From Eukaryota sp. GEM-RC1 (Eukaryota): 64,000 nucleotides of DNA. Positions within the stretch are counted from its first letter, which is position 1, and every line of letters begins with the position of its first letter. The stretch is from NCBI GenBank assembly GCA_040285855.1, contig JAUFOQ010000006.1:930001-994000 (forward strand). The letters run 5' to 3'. The position numbers were made by a program, and so were the translations under genes. Below are positions 24,808 through 37,799 of the stretch, in pieces. Below the pieces are notes generated by a model. It saw only the letters and a program-made list of their open reading frames with translations, made no database searches and was not told the origin of the DNA.

Positions 24808-27800
24808 TGGTGACTTTGAACGTAATGTTTGTTTTTTGGGATCCAATAGGTCAGCCAACAAGTACTCAATCAGAGGTAATTGTTGAATTGAGTTCATCAA
24901 CAATAGCGGTCTTGTCGATTCCTTGGCCCAAAGTTCATTTACTTTCTCCAAATTTCTTACAAATTTCTTTTTAATCTTATCGACCTTCACTTTGGGATTG
25001 TCTGGAACTAAAACATTAATACTGTCAATTATGCCATGCAAGTTTTGGACATTATTGACCAATTGAACTTCATCAGGATCAGAGTCATGATTAAGTTCTT
25101 CCAAGCGTTTGACAGTTTCATTTTTAGAAAAATTATTCATTTCAAGAAAAATTTGAACAACATTTTCCAAAAAACGGCCACCAGTAAAGACATAAAAATT
25201 CTTCAGTACAGCATTCAAATCGAGACTAAAAAACGGACCAAAAGTTGTTTCCTTACACCATTTGTTGAACCAAAAGGGAATGTAGGGTTTAAATTCTGGA
25301 AAAGTAAACGTTGTATTGATTTTGAGGACTTGACAACGTGATACAAGAAAGGGAAATGTATCTAAGTGAAAGTCATAACTCACAAACAATCGTGGACAAT
25401 GTTGAGTAATGAAGGAAATGAAGTTTTTAAGCATACTGGATTCACTATCTGAAATATGTAAGGTACACAAATCCAAGTTTGTAGTATCAAAGTTGCCATG
25501 AGAAAATAAATGTTTTTCATTAAACTCATTGTGATCAATGATCTCGATGGAAATTGATACAATAGGATCAACAGAAGAATCACGTTTAACTTCTAATTGA
25601 TCTTCAGCTTCACCTTCAACAGTTTCAATGTCATCATCATCTTCTTGAACAAGTTGAACATTTCTGCCATTAATTCTTTCTTTTTTGGCAAAATCACTTT
25701 GAACATGAATTAAACAAAAGTTGGTAGATTGTTCCAAAGTAGAGGGGATTTAAGAAAGTCTTGAATTTGTATTTCTTCTTCTATAGGCTCAGTGTGTAGA
25801 TTTACTTCCATTTTTGGATTTCTTCTTGAATTGGCGATGGATACGACATAATGGAGGCCTTAATTTTGGGTGGTAGTTCAGATGGTGGTACTTCAGATGA
25901 TTCCAATGTGGACATACGGCGGTGAGTCTTTCGTATTGGAGTGTCACCAGTTGAAACAAGGGAGCTGGTAGTTCTAAATTTATTTCGTTGAATTAAAGGT
26001 GAACCTCGTGGTGATGGAATATCAGAAATTTTGGCCTTTCTTTTTTTAGTGCTTAAACCAGTAGATGCTTTAGTGCTAGCAAGACGCTTACCTGAGATTG
26101 GTGACGCAGAAACACGCGACAACTCAACAGGACTAAAAGTTTCAAAATGTTCCAAAATTTTACTTCGAGACTCGTGAACAGCAATAGTGGTATTACCCAG
26201 CAGTTCTTTAACATCAGTCCACCTTATGACCACAGATTGATCTAAATTCATTAAAAGATCAATGTATTCGAGAACACAAAAACCAGAGTCAGTTAGAGTA
26301 TGTTTGATATTTGATGGAATAAATTCTATATTTCTGGTTTCACACATTGACAACACTGAATAAATTTTTGACACAATTGTAAATAAATTGGAGGAAGATG
26401 GTGCAACTGGCATTTGGTTAGCAGGAAATTCTCTGGCATAATCATCCTCAACGTAGGTCGGATCAATGAATAAAATATGACTTGTAGGAGATGAAATGAT
26501 CAGAATAATTAAACCCCAATGACGACCATCAGCAGTAAGATCACACATTGCACTATTGACAGGAACAAGTAGCATTTGTTGGTTGTTTTGACCACATTGG
26601 AAGAATTTCTGCGTCAAAAAATCTGAAAATGGATATTTATTATAGGGTTGGTCACCATATAATAACGGATATAAATCAGTTGGCCCAATTACATAGTCAT
26701 AAAAGATTAAACCTGTTGATTCCACAAGTATTTTGGAATATTTGATGAACAATTGATCGTCAACATAAGTAAACAATTTTTGAATCTGTTTACGGAGATC
26801 TGCAGCATTAAGTTCAATGTTAACTTGGATTAAAGCACGTTCAATAGAGATCAAAGATAGATTGATGCCATCCCTTGAAATGAGTTCAACAAATTTTTGA
26901 ATATAACCAATAACATAAATACCACAGTCATTAGGAGTCTGTGTCTTGGTGATGTTGACCCTCTGTACGTTCAATGTTACTTTCCTACATAATTCATCTA
27001 CAACAGAACTTAGATAAGAAGAACCAACAATTGGATCCACAAATATCGCGTTGTTTTCCGCACAGTCTATTACCATTAGACCCCAATGAACTCCTCCAGA
27101 TCCACCTGTTGTATTCATAGCATCGTTGAGAGGAACAGCGAAGTATCTGGTGCTTCTCTCCCGGGCGTCATCAATCTTATTTTGGCAGTATCCATCAGTT
27201 AAAAAATCTGACCACATCTCATCTGGAGCAATGAAATAGCATTCCCAATCAAGGTTTGCTTCTTTGAATTGGTGTTTTGAGTATTCAGAAAGGGCGTAAT
27301 CATCTATCCATTGGCCAGGATTCAGATACTCTAGGGAGTCTTTGGACAACGGTCCGGGATTGGATTCCACGTCACCATCCATGGTGAGATCTTCTTTGAA
27401 TGGGGGACGGGAGGAGAAAACTGTACAAGAGAGGTCTAAAACACTTCGCGAGGAAGAACCACACACGGCATAGCTCTTGTTTTTAAGTATGTGTGTGTAG
27501 TTCATTGGAGGGGAATTGACACGGAGGGGAGAAACTGTACCATCAGCGAGAGAAGAACCACACACGGCATAGCTCTTGTTTTTAAGTATGTGTGTGTAGT
27601 TCATTGGAGGGGAATTGACACGGAGGGGAGAAACTGTACCATCAGCGAGAGAAGAACCACACACGGCATAGCTCTTGTTTTTAAGTATGTGTGTGTAGTT
27701 CATTGGAGGGGAATTGACACGGAGGTGAGAAACTGTACCATCAGCGAGAGAAGAACCACACACGGCATAGCTCTTGTTTTTAAGTATGTGTGTGTAGTTC

Positions 27801-28000
27801 ATTGGAGGGGAATTGACACGGAGGGGAGAAACTGTACCATCAGCGAGAGAAGAACCACACACGGCATAGCTCTTGTTTTTAAGTATGTGTGTGTAGTTCA
27901 TTGGAGGGGAATTGACACGGAGGTGAGAAACTGTACCATCAGCGAGAGAAGAACCACACACGGCATAGCTCTTGTTTTTAAGTATGTGTGTGTAGTTCAT
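24808..28000 (-). CDS. Repeat leader + 2A + two Ulp1/C48 (SENP8-like) protease domains, N-terminal to Fanzor
   Basis: WIDD..., VPLND...GGVHWGLMVID, FVDP, QTPNDCGIYV. Second domain VPVN...HWGL...FIDP...DSG. In copy 2 this region is one ORF running into the Fanzor N-terminus. Confidence 0.85.
27350..27391 (-). other. 2A (StopGo) ribosomal skipping motif
   Basis: DLTMDGDVESNPGP matches the D(V/I)ExNPGP consensus. Confidence 0.9.
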
Positions 28001-28026
28001 TGGAGGGGAATTGACACGGAGGGGGA
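27453..28026. repeat. 99-bp tandem repeat (~5.8 units) encoding the 33-aa leader repeat
   Basis: Near-identical units differing at one G/T position. Each encodes MNYTHILKNKSYAVCGSSLADGTVS(H/P)LRVNSPP. Confidence 0.95.
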
Positions 28027-28445
28027 GAGCGAGAGGACCTCATCCCGCTAAACATGTATGCGAGAGAAATGATGAAGAGTATCTGTAAACTGATCTGGAC
28101 TACAGTTGACTTTTTGCGACATCTTCAATTTGACAATACACCTGACATACATTCAATTTATTTTAACGACATGTGATGAACGAATAATTCTAATGACATC
28201 ATGTATACACAAACATAGTACTGTACTGTATGGATTGAAACAAACCAACATTGATGTCAATTTACTAACCTACAGTATGTTAAAAGTTATAAAGACTGCA
28301 TGTAAGATTTATCTAAGTACTGTGAGTAGTGATAACAATAGATGTACATATAAATAAGATCAAGTAAGTCACTGTCTGAGGTGTAGAATTAACCATAAAA
28401 ACTAAGAACGAAAAAATTTATAAAGAACGAAAAAATGAATAAAGA

Positions 28446-31400
28446 CTATTCCCTCATTTTGTATTCCACATCTGTAAGATTTTGCCTCAAAAACGCGTGG
28501 AAAGTATTCCACTTTTTGCTTCGGGGTTGGTCGTTATCCATGATAACAAACAGTGCGTTTTCAGTTCTTTGTTGAATAAAAGGAAATGTTGATGGCGTAT
28601 CTGGAAGATCAATAATAATTGATATCTGACACCTAAATTCGGAAAATTTTTCCAAAATTCCCCAATTAGCAAACAATACCGAGTTTGGTTTCGTGTTGAA
28701 CTGGTTCATTGTGAAATTATAAGCACTTTGAGTGACAGGTTTGGTTTTGCTACTGGCAAATTGGAGGGCATTAATGGTACCGTTCTTGGTTTCTTCACTA
28801 AACAAACTGCGATACGTCAGTACATCTTGTCTAGATTTAAACAATACAGCAATTTTTTCATGGGGTAACTTCCTTGTTTGGAGGATACCATGTAATAACC
28901 TTTTCAAAATTGAACTGATATCCGCAAATTTGCAATGAACAAGGTTGAACTTTTTTCCTTTCAGTCGAATAGGAGGTCCTTCAGCTGGTGATAGTTTGTT
29001 TGGGTGGGATGATTTATCCAAACTTCTACAATATGATTGGAAATCAATTTGTTCCAAAGTTGTATCACCACCTGAACGACACAAAGTCATCACTTCTCCT
29101 GACACATCAACAATTCCAATTGTCATTGAAGTATGAGAAAAAATAGTTGACATGGCTCTTGTATGCCCGTAGATATACAAAATGAGATTTCTTTTTGTTT
29201 TGCACTTATACCTATACACGTTCCATCATTAGTGATACACAAAAATAATTCAAATGCTTCAATGAAAATACAGTCTACCAGACTAATTTTCTCACTTGTA
29301 GGGTAAAAATCATAGACAGATTCAAGACAGTGTATGACATTGCTTTCCCCATCAGTTCTTATGAGATCTACGGATGACTCGCTTAAAACCAAAACAAAAC
29401 CTTCTTTGTAAGCATGAAGTTTGGTGAAGAGCTTTCTTGGTCTATCTTTTGGTTCACGTTGCAAGTCAGCATGAAATTGAATATCTGTCACACTGACGGT
29501 GTAATCAGTAATGTAAATGAAACTGTCACATAAGGTTACAATATCCTTTAATCCTGTTGTTTGACTAGTTAAAGTCCGCCTGACTCCAGACATTTCAAGT
29601 TCGTATATAAACTTTTCCGTCATTACCAAGCATCCCCTAAAATAGTGACCAGGCAAAAATATTGCAACAATTCTTTCATCAAGTTGGTGTTGCGTATATT
29701 TTCCATTTTCGGTACCATTTTCTACGCTGTCTTCATAAGATGACTCATTGTATAAAGGTAGATTAAGGAGTTTAATCATTGACTCTTTAACATAAATAAC
29801 AAATAATCCATCAGACGAAACGTCAAATGGACTATCACTATTGATTTTGTCCAAAATTGAACTGGATTTGTGATCTGTAAGATCAAGAATCATAAGATAG
29901 TATGAGCCATTGAGAAGACAACGAGCAACAATTTGAGTTGTCGCCGGTATAATTACACACTGTTGAACGACAAGTTGTACAAAGGTAAATTTACCAGCTA
30001 TGTTAGGTACAGGTCTTTGAAAACAAATTTTTTGAGCCTTCCATGACGCAATAGGTTCTGTACTATACAAAGCAGTAGAAGAAGTAGTAAAAGCAGTAGT
30101 AGAAGTAGTAGTAGGAGCAAGAGTAGTAGAAGCAGTAGGAGCAAGAGTAGTAGAAGCAGTAGAAATAGTAGAAGCAGTAGAAATAGTAGGAGGAACTGTA
30201 TCTTGCCAATACAATGTAATAATAGATCCTTTTCCAGTAACAAAATAAATTTCTGGCTTTTTGAGAGAAGGAAAAATTTTGATAATACCTGCATCCCAGT
30301 TTCGTTTAAAACGATCATTAAAAAAGACAGGAGCGGCTCGATTATCAGTATTAAAGAAACCAATACGATTCTTTCTAGTCACAAAAATGATGACTTTGGG
30401 ATGACCATATATTCCACATGCATCAACAATACAATCATATGGCTTAGGTCCTTCCAACCACCCCTGTGGTCTTAACAGAAAATCTACTTTGATTTGAGAT
30501 TTTGAAACCGTCACAATATGTAACGAAGTCTTTGCAACCACGAGTCGTGAATGAATATCATTTGGAATTACACCAAATTTGAATCCACCCGTAGCATAAC
30601 TGTGCATTTCAGCATCTGAGAAGCTGACGGCATCTTTATTTGCCCAGAAAACCGAACTACTTGTTAATAACAAATGTGTATCAAAGGAATCTTCCAGTTT
30701 TACAAATGTGGAATCAAGGGCTACTTCGTTTCTTGGAAGTAAGGTAAACGCATCGTTACCAGTCCTATCGGGAAGTTGTACAGATTTCAAATAACCACCA
30801 ATGGTACCGACAAACAAACGGTCATTATCTGTACTTACTAAAGATGTTGACTTGATTTGATTTTTAAATTCACGGTACATTTGATTCTTATACGAAGCAT
30901 TATGTGCTTGCATGTATGTGATCATAACTTGATCAGCGGTGGGTGTGAATACATAAAAAAAAGTAGGCCTGGGTTGGTGAACTGCTAGTGACAGTAAATC
31001 ATACTTTGGCAAATGTAAACGATTTTGTAAAGTATCCTCTCCCACTGTCCAAAGAACTAAATCATTTCCAGTTGTCAATAATATAATGAAACTACCAGTT
31101 TCAGTTATTACGGCATTTTTAATGTCAGATGTAGATGACCAAGTGGTTTTGGATTTGACAGATGTCGCAAGTTGAGCGAGAATGTCAATTGTCTTTGTCT
31201 TTACAGGTTGACGTTCTGAAGAAGGAGGGTGAGAATGAGCTGAAACACTGACTTGATGCCCTAATAAAAGTTCATCTTCTTTTGAAATTGTTTCTAAATC
31301 AGATTCTTCCATATACTCCTCTACATCACTGGTTCCAAATGTTTCAGACTCCGAGTCCGATACAATTTTTTGTTTTTCAACATTACTATACAGTCTTTTC

Positions 31401-34400
31401 CAGTTGAATCAAACCTTGCTTCATACTTACGAATTGCTTCCTCAATATCAAAATTTCCGCAAACGTTACACGGCCCAGTGCATAATTTAGTTTTAACGGT
31501 TTCATCTAACCGAAATGGTACACTACCAGCAGCATCATAGTCGGATGCGTCCACATCAATAATTGTTCCAGTAGGTTTCATGGGGGACGATTTAATGGCC
31601 TGAATCTGATAGAACAAACGAGTAGGATCCATTTGTAATCTTTCACACAAATAAACACCTAATCTACATCGATTCAGGCAACCAATCATTGATACTAAAG
31701 GTTTCAGAACAGAATCATCGTATTCATAGCATATTTCCGAATTATGCGCAATATCAAATGATACCATTTGTGTGGTAATACATCCGTAGCTGAACACACG
31801 AACATACATCAATTGTAAAAATAAGTTGGACAAAGTACGTTCAAAATAACAGCACAAAGTTGGAAGTGCCTGTTGCGGAGTCACATATACACCTGACCAT
31901 TGATCACATTTATCGACAGGTAATCGAGTGAAAAGAGAGTTGTAGAATTTGAGATCAATACGACCACTATGACCGTTCAGAGTACTGTACTTAATAGGAC
32001 TTTGATAGTAGTAATTTGAGGCTCTTAAACGCACATTAACGGAGAATGTTTTTTCTTTACATAGTAGACCAAAATTTAACAAATCTGCAACATTTACACC
32101 GGCACTGTTACTGGAGTACCATTGATTAGTTTTGAAGAATACTGAGGGATAGGGGTGTATATTCAATTTGGGGAAAAACGGATGGGGTAATTTAGATGAT
32201 GAAGAATTTTCAATCATTTTGGCCAAAATAAGTGAAATAACTCTGTTATTTTTACAATTACTCGCTGTAAGTTCGATTTCCTTGTCGGATTCAACAGAAA
32301 GTTCTAATTTAACAGCATTTGTGTCCCGCTGTCGCTGTTTTGAAGACTCCAATAAACTATTCAATTTTGTTATCTTTGCGTTTAATTCATCAACAGAAAC
32401 ACTTTCAAATAACGTCTTTTCAAATGGTTCAACAGGCAGCTGAGTTGAAGATCCTTGTAATGCCATGTCTTGTTGCATACTTCGAAACATTATTGAATTT
32501 TTCGGGTAAGACGACGCAAACAACAAAGTCAATTGTGAAAAATCGAAATTAGATGGAACAAGTGTTTGATAAAAAGATTGATCCTTAAAATCACTCCATT
32601 CTTTTGATTTAGATCCTGTTTCCTCTCTTTTTCATGTTTATGTCCTGTATGGGCCATTTTGTACCCTTGTAATAAAGATTGGACCTGTTTGGCTTTAGCT
32701 TCTAACGAATCAAAGGTTTTGGACAATCGATTCAATTTGGATTGGAAGGTTTCACCCATACTTGATACACTACGCTTAATAACACTCAATTTGGACAGCA
32801 ATCTATCGCACCAAAACTTCAACTTCCTAAGGTCAAAATATTGTAAAATCTTCCAATTGATTGTACCGGATAACAAGGCACATAAAAATTTGAACATCAT
32901 ATTCAGGTCTGAAAATCCGTGATCCGTTCCATCATCATACAAATTTAGAAAATTTCCTAGTTTTTCAACTTGGTTGATGTATTCTGTGTTGAACTTGAAG
33001 TTAAACAAATTGAAATTGAATGAACATAAAAGAATTAATCCGGCAACAACTTGATCTTGAACAAAACAATTGAATACAAAATGAAAATGTTCATGAGAAT
33101 CAGCAAGAAGTGATCCCAAAAGTCCCATAGACGTCAGTTTGTCATTGATAAAACGACTCTCAAGGATATTATTCAGGTAGAGGGAGTAAACTGTTTCGTT
33201 TACTGAAAAATCAGAAACGATAGTAGGCATGGCATTCAGAAAATCATTTGGATGAGATGAAATTTGTTTAACTTTCAAAATACAATCTTCCAATGGTGAA
33301 TCTAGAATTTGTGGATCTTTTGTCGGAGACCTTGAGTACTGACCAATAAAATTAAAGTCAAATAATCTAATACAGATCCCAGGTCTTGTCCGTCCGACTC
33401 TTCCAGCACGTTGAGTAGCAGAGCATTGTGAAATGTTTGCCATAACCAATTCTTTTCTGAAATTTGGAACTCTTTCTAACCCAGTATCCAAAACAATTAC
33501 TGCCGAGTCGATCGTGATTGATGACTCTGCGATGTTAGTTGCAGCAACAATCTTGAATTCATTGTTTTTACACTTGCTTGCTGCCTTGAGTTGATCCTCT
33601 CTGCTGATCTCAGAATACAAAGGATAACAACAGTTCATAGGCAAATCATTATTGTGATAACATGCTTTAACCAGACTTTCTACTTCAAAAGAACCAGGTA
33701 AAAAAACAATTAATGTTATACCTGGAACATCTGACTGTCTTGTATGAAGTTTTGTTAGTACAAAGTATTTGACAACAATTTTGTAAATAACAATTATCAA
33801 TTGCAGGAGTGCGTCTGAGTTAATAATCGACGGGTGAAGTCTCTGATCTACTTTAGATTCAAAGTGTTTTTTATAATTTACCACTTCTGCACGAAAATCA
33901 TGTTGATGATCACAGACAGCTTCTCGAAATCGAGGGGGAAATCCTTCAGTAAGTTTTGAATACCAGTCATTAGTTTCGAAATTCTTAAAGTCGAAAACGT
34001 TCAGGACTCTTGAGAATTGACCAGTGTCAAACATAAGGTTTTGTTGTTCTTTAAGTAAATCAGTCTCTGTCCATTGATTATCAGGGAGCAAAGTGTTTAA
34101 AAACTGGGTTAAGTTCAGCAGTTGTTGATCCAATAGTTGCGGATGACAAACCACGTATAATGCCCGAGTTTTTTAAATTAATTTTCATTACTGTGAGTAA
34201 CAGATCGACATCTATAGTTCTGTCATGAACTTCATCCACAATGACGACTTTGTAAGTAGAAACAAATGAATGCTGATTCATCAACAACATGAGAGTTAAA
34301 CCAGTTGTTTGATAATGAACCAAAGTATTGTCTGAAAAATTGTATACCCCACCACCACAGTGATATCCAGCAATGGGGTAATCGTAAATAAATTTACTAC

Positions 34401-36542
34401 CCAGTCGAGGTCTAGTTAAGGAGTTAAGAAATTCAGACAAAAGATTGCCGAAGGTACCGTTGGTTGGGAAACAATGACTTTGCTAAAAAAAGTAAGCGCA
34501 AAAATAACAGGTGACAGTGTAGATTTTCCTGATCCAGTTGAACCAGTGATCATATAGGGTAAATCATAACTCCGATCAGAATTACAATAACACTTGATTA
34601 AATGCTTTAATAGTTCAGTAAAACTATTCTTTCCAGTAGAAGTCGAGACAAAGGACAATTTATGATCTCGTTGAGCATGAAATAGAACATTCATCAAACT
34701 AGACAATGCGAAATGGTCTACATTGTGTCTACTAGCATATTGTTTCCAGTGAGTGATGATAATTGGAGTAATTTGAGTAATAAGGTCGCATTTTAAATCC
34801 ATCAGCTCAGTCATAAGATCATCGAAATTAGTATCATGACGGTTTACCTCAATTGGTTCAATAGCATCAACAGCATTAACATCAAGGAGAATTTCGGTAA
34901 GATCTTCGGGTGTTTCTTCAACATCTTGTAATAAATCAATAACTTTGGCTTTCTCTGTCTTATATTTCAAAGCATCTTTAATTGCTTGTTCAACAACTTC
35001 TTCATGTGTTGTTCCATTGAATATATAGCTAATGAAAACAAATGGGAAGTTCATTAGATTTACAAAGGGTTCAAAACAATTTTCAAATTCTGAAGTGGAA
35101 ATAATGTAACTTTGATAACCTAGCATAAATACCAACAAATAAATTGAAGAAATTTGTTGATTTCGGTAATTCTCTTGATCAGTTTCATTTGAAAATAAAT
35201 ATGTCTTGGCAAAGACATAAAAGCGATAGAGTGATCGAAAAATCCAGGTATCTTGTAACTTTGCATCAACATTGAGTAATCGGGAAGCATAGTTTTCAAT
35301 TCTTACAGACATATCAATAGATGTATTATTAAAATCCTGTACTTGTTCATATTCATCAGCTTCGTCAGTTGTTTGTTCTGAAAGAACAGCTTGGCCATCG
35401 GCAGCTTCAGCATATTCTACAATTTCATTGAGTAGTTTTTCCAAGTAATTTTTGTTAAAATGTTTTGGTGGGGTCAGATCTCGCAGCCAAGTTTTTACTT
35501 CTCTTGCTGAATCAACTGTGAATGGGGAAAGAGAATCTGGCGTTGGAAAGGTATCTTTAAAAAATTTAGATCTTTGCAAATACTGATGACACAGTGTTAG
35601 TGCTATCGTCAACATTGTTGTTAACGAAAGACAACAGGCAGGATTTACAACGCGAATGAATTTCGAGAAATCAAGAGTATGAGCGGTTAAACAGCATTGG
35701 ACGGGCCTGGTCGAATCATGCTGTTGTGGAAGTATACCAGGCTGTCGGGGGAGCATACATTGATTACAAATGGCGTAACTTGAACATTGTTTATCAATTG
35801 TCAAACGTTTTTGTGCAGAAAATTGTAGAAGTTGTTGCGATGGTAAAACTTTCAGGGACGGCAAGTCAATGGAGGTGAAAACTTCATTATGATATTCTAG
35901 AAACTCAACAAAAACATGATCGACTTCTGGGGCAATCAGAGATTCAAAGAAGGATGTAATGTAATCATAAATATTTTTAACAGAAAGTCTTTTCATTGGT
36001 AGATCAAAATGAGCAAGAGCATTGTCTAGTTGAGACTTACATTCAGTAAAAGAAATGGGATCACGATCAGTCATTGCTTCTGGAACAGACTGTGAAGCAT
36101 TCAGGTGATAGTGTTCCAAGCAAGTACATATACGATGTCCTGTAATGTTCTTCACAGGATGGATTACAGACTCATGTGAAATAAATGCACAGCCTGAGTG
36201 AGCGGAGGGTGGAAATGGACCGGGATTTGACTCTACATCACCGTCCATTGTGAGATTTCTTAACCAACTATGGGATGGAGAGGCATTAGATTCAGTAACA
36301 CGTACAAAACAACAATAGTTCAAGGCATGACTCTTCTTTACGAGCATGTTATCCCTATATGTTGTATTGGGGGAAGGGGGCGTAGAAAGAGAGGACTTCG
36401 CTTCAACAACGGGAGGAGAACAACAACAACAATAGTTCAAGGCATGACTCTTCTTTACGAGCATGTTATCCCTATATGTTGTATTGGGGGAAGAGAATGG
36501 CATTTTGAAACGATGGGGAAGATATATCCGGAGCAATTTCAT
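28446..36542 (-). CDS. Repeat leader + 2A + DEAH/RHA-family helicase polyprotein (six ORFs joined by frameshifts)
   Basis: GSTGSGKST, SQPT, IVDEVHDR, SAT, VFLPG, ATNIAESSITI, DTG and QRAGRVGR motifs. Downstream ORFs overlap in shifted frames and include a beta-rich (propeller-like) region and a degenerate helicase-C-like domain. Confidence 0.8.
36216..36266 (-). other. 2A (StopGo) ribosomal skipping motif
   Basis: WLRNLTMDGDVESNPGP. Confidence 0.9.
36309..36493. repeat. Two ~68-bp direct repeats, 117 bp apart, in the helicase leader
   Basis: PNTTYRDNMLVKKSHALNYCC is encoded twice. Confidence 0.9.
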
Positions 36543-37229
36543 TTGATGTTGATCTTGATGCTTCTGACTTCACTTCACCACCTTGGATTTTACATCACCT
36601 TAAAAACACTTCTTTAACACGTTATCCCCATGGATGTTTACGTCTGTCTAACGTAATTCATGCTTACTTGGAGTTCATCATGTGTTGTTCTGGATGAGAT
36701 CCATGACTTTTTTTTGAGTTTCCACCTTCATTTACTGTACTCTTGGTCAAAATCGAATCGTATTTGCGGTTTTTAATGATGAGATATTTATGTAATGTTG
36801 GCTTCACAATAAAATATGAAATAGATAGTTACAGTTGAAAACATCCTATACATTTATAAAAATAGAATATAATTCACCATATGGCTTATGAGTCGTTATG
36901 ATGCCGTTGCCGTGACGGATATGCACCTAAACCCACCACGATCTGATGATGTTGTAGTAGATCAAATGCGCAAATCAACTTTCTCCAATTACACACGAAT
37001 CCAGGAATTTCAACAGGTTGTCAACAACCACCAGACATCTCTTCTCACTTTTTTTCACTATATGGTCAAAAAATCTTTATTGTATATGATGGTTTCTTTC
37101 ATGTACATAATGAAGGGAAGATATATCTAAAGTTCAAAAGGATTCTTCGTAAAATTGGATTTTTGACAAGAGACTTAAGAGGAGGGAGTGGAGTCGAAGT
37201 AATCTCAGTTGTTCCAGTTGATTCTGATT

Positions 37230-37799
37230 CTAAGTCATTGCTTGAGTTACTTGATTCTTCTTTTCATTCAATAAGTTTTCTTCTCTAACTGCCTTTGGAG
37301 ATTTAGACTTTTTCATCTTAGAAAGTCTTGCAGAACATGAAACTTTTTGATGTTGTTCATGTTCTGCAAGATCAGACAAGTCTATTGCTGAGTCACTTTG
37401 ATCTTGAATCAAAATATTATATAAATTTTGAGAGGACAAGGAAGTAGTGGTACCATTCTTTTCTTCAAGAATATGAGTTTCTTTGTTAATAAAGAATTCA
37501 ATGTTTTCCTTAAGATTATCACCAACAACATTTTTAAACCATGTTGTATTGTTGGTGGACACTGCGATATGAGAAGTACTATCAGCAGCTCGGGTGATTA
37601 AGATATAATCTCCATTAATTCCGAGATTGCAAGGTGAAGTTGAAGGAGTTGATTTTGTCTCAGTAAAAGAAAAGACATTGTATACATCTTGGTGTTTAGA
37701 TGCATACTTCCTCTGATAAGCAGAAAGACGACGTTTCCGAGACAGAACGTTTGTTGATGAGTTCATGCAAATTTTGCCGGGAAACAAATTCTCCTTCAT
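37230..37799 (-). CDS. Hypothetical element protein
   Basis: 189-aa ORF with an NLS-like RKRR. It probably continues through a -1 shift. No family recognised. Confidence 0.4.
   Translation of the reverse strand: MKENLFPGKICMNSSTNVLSRKRRLSAYQRKYASKHQDVYNVFSFTETKSTPSTSPCNLGINGDYILITRAADSTSHIAVSTNNTTWFKNVVGDNLKENIEFFINKETHILEEKNGTTTSLSSQNLYNILIQDQSDSAIDLSDLAEHEQHQKVSCSARLSKMKKSKSPKAVREENLLNEKKNQVTQAMT

Noticed and set aside
27453..28026. 99-bp array as a CRISPR array or guide array
   Set aside because: Units are essentially identical with no unique spacers, and they are in-frame coding repeats.
29998..30363. Poly-Leu ORF
   Set aside because: It is an alternative frame of the Thr/Ser/Ala low-complexity linker in ORF 29123-31312.
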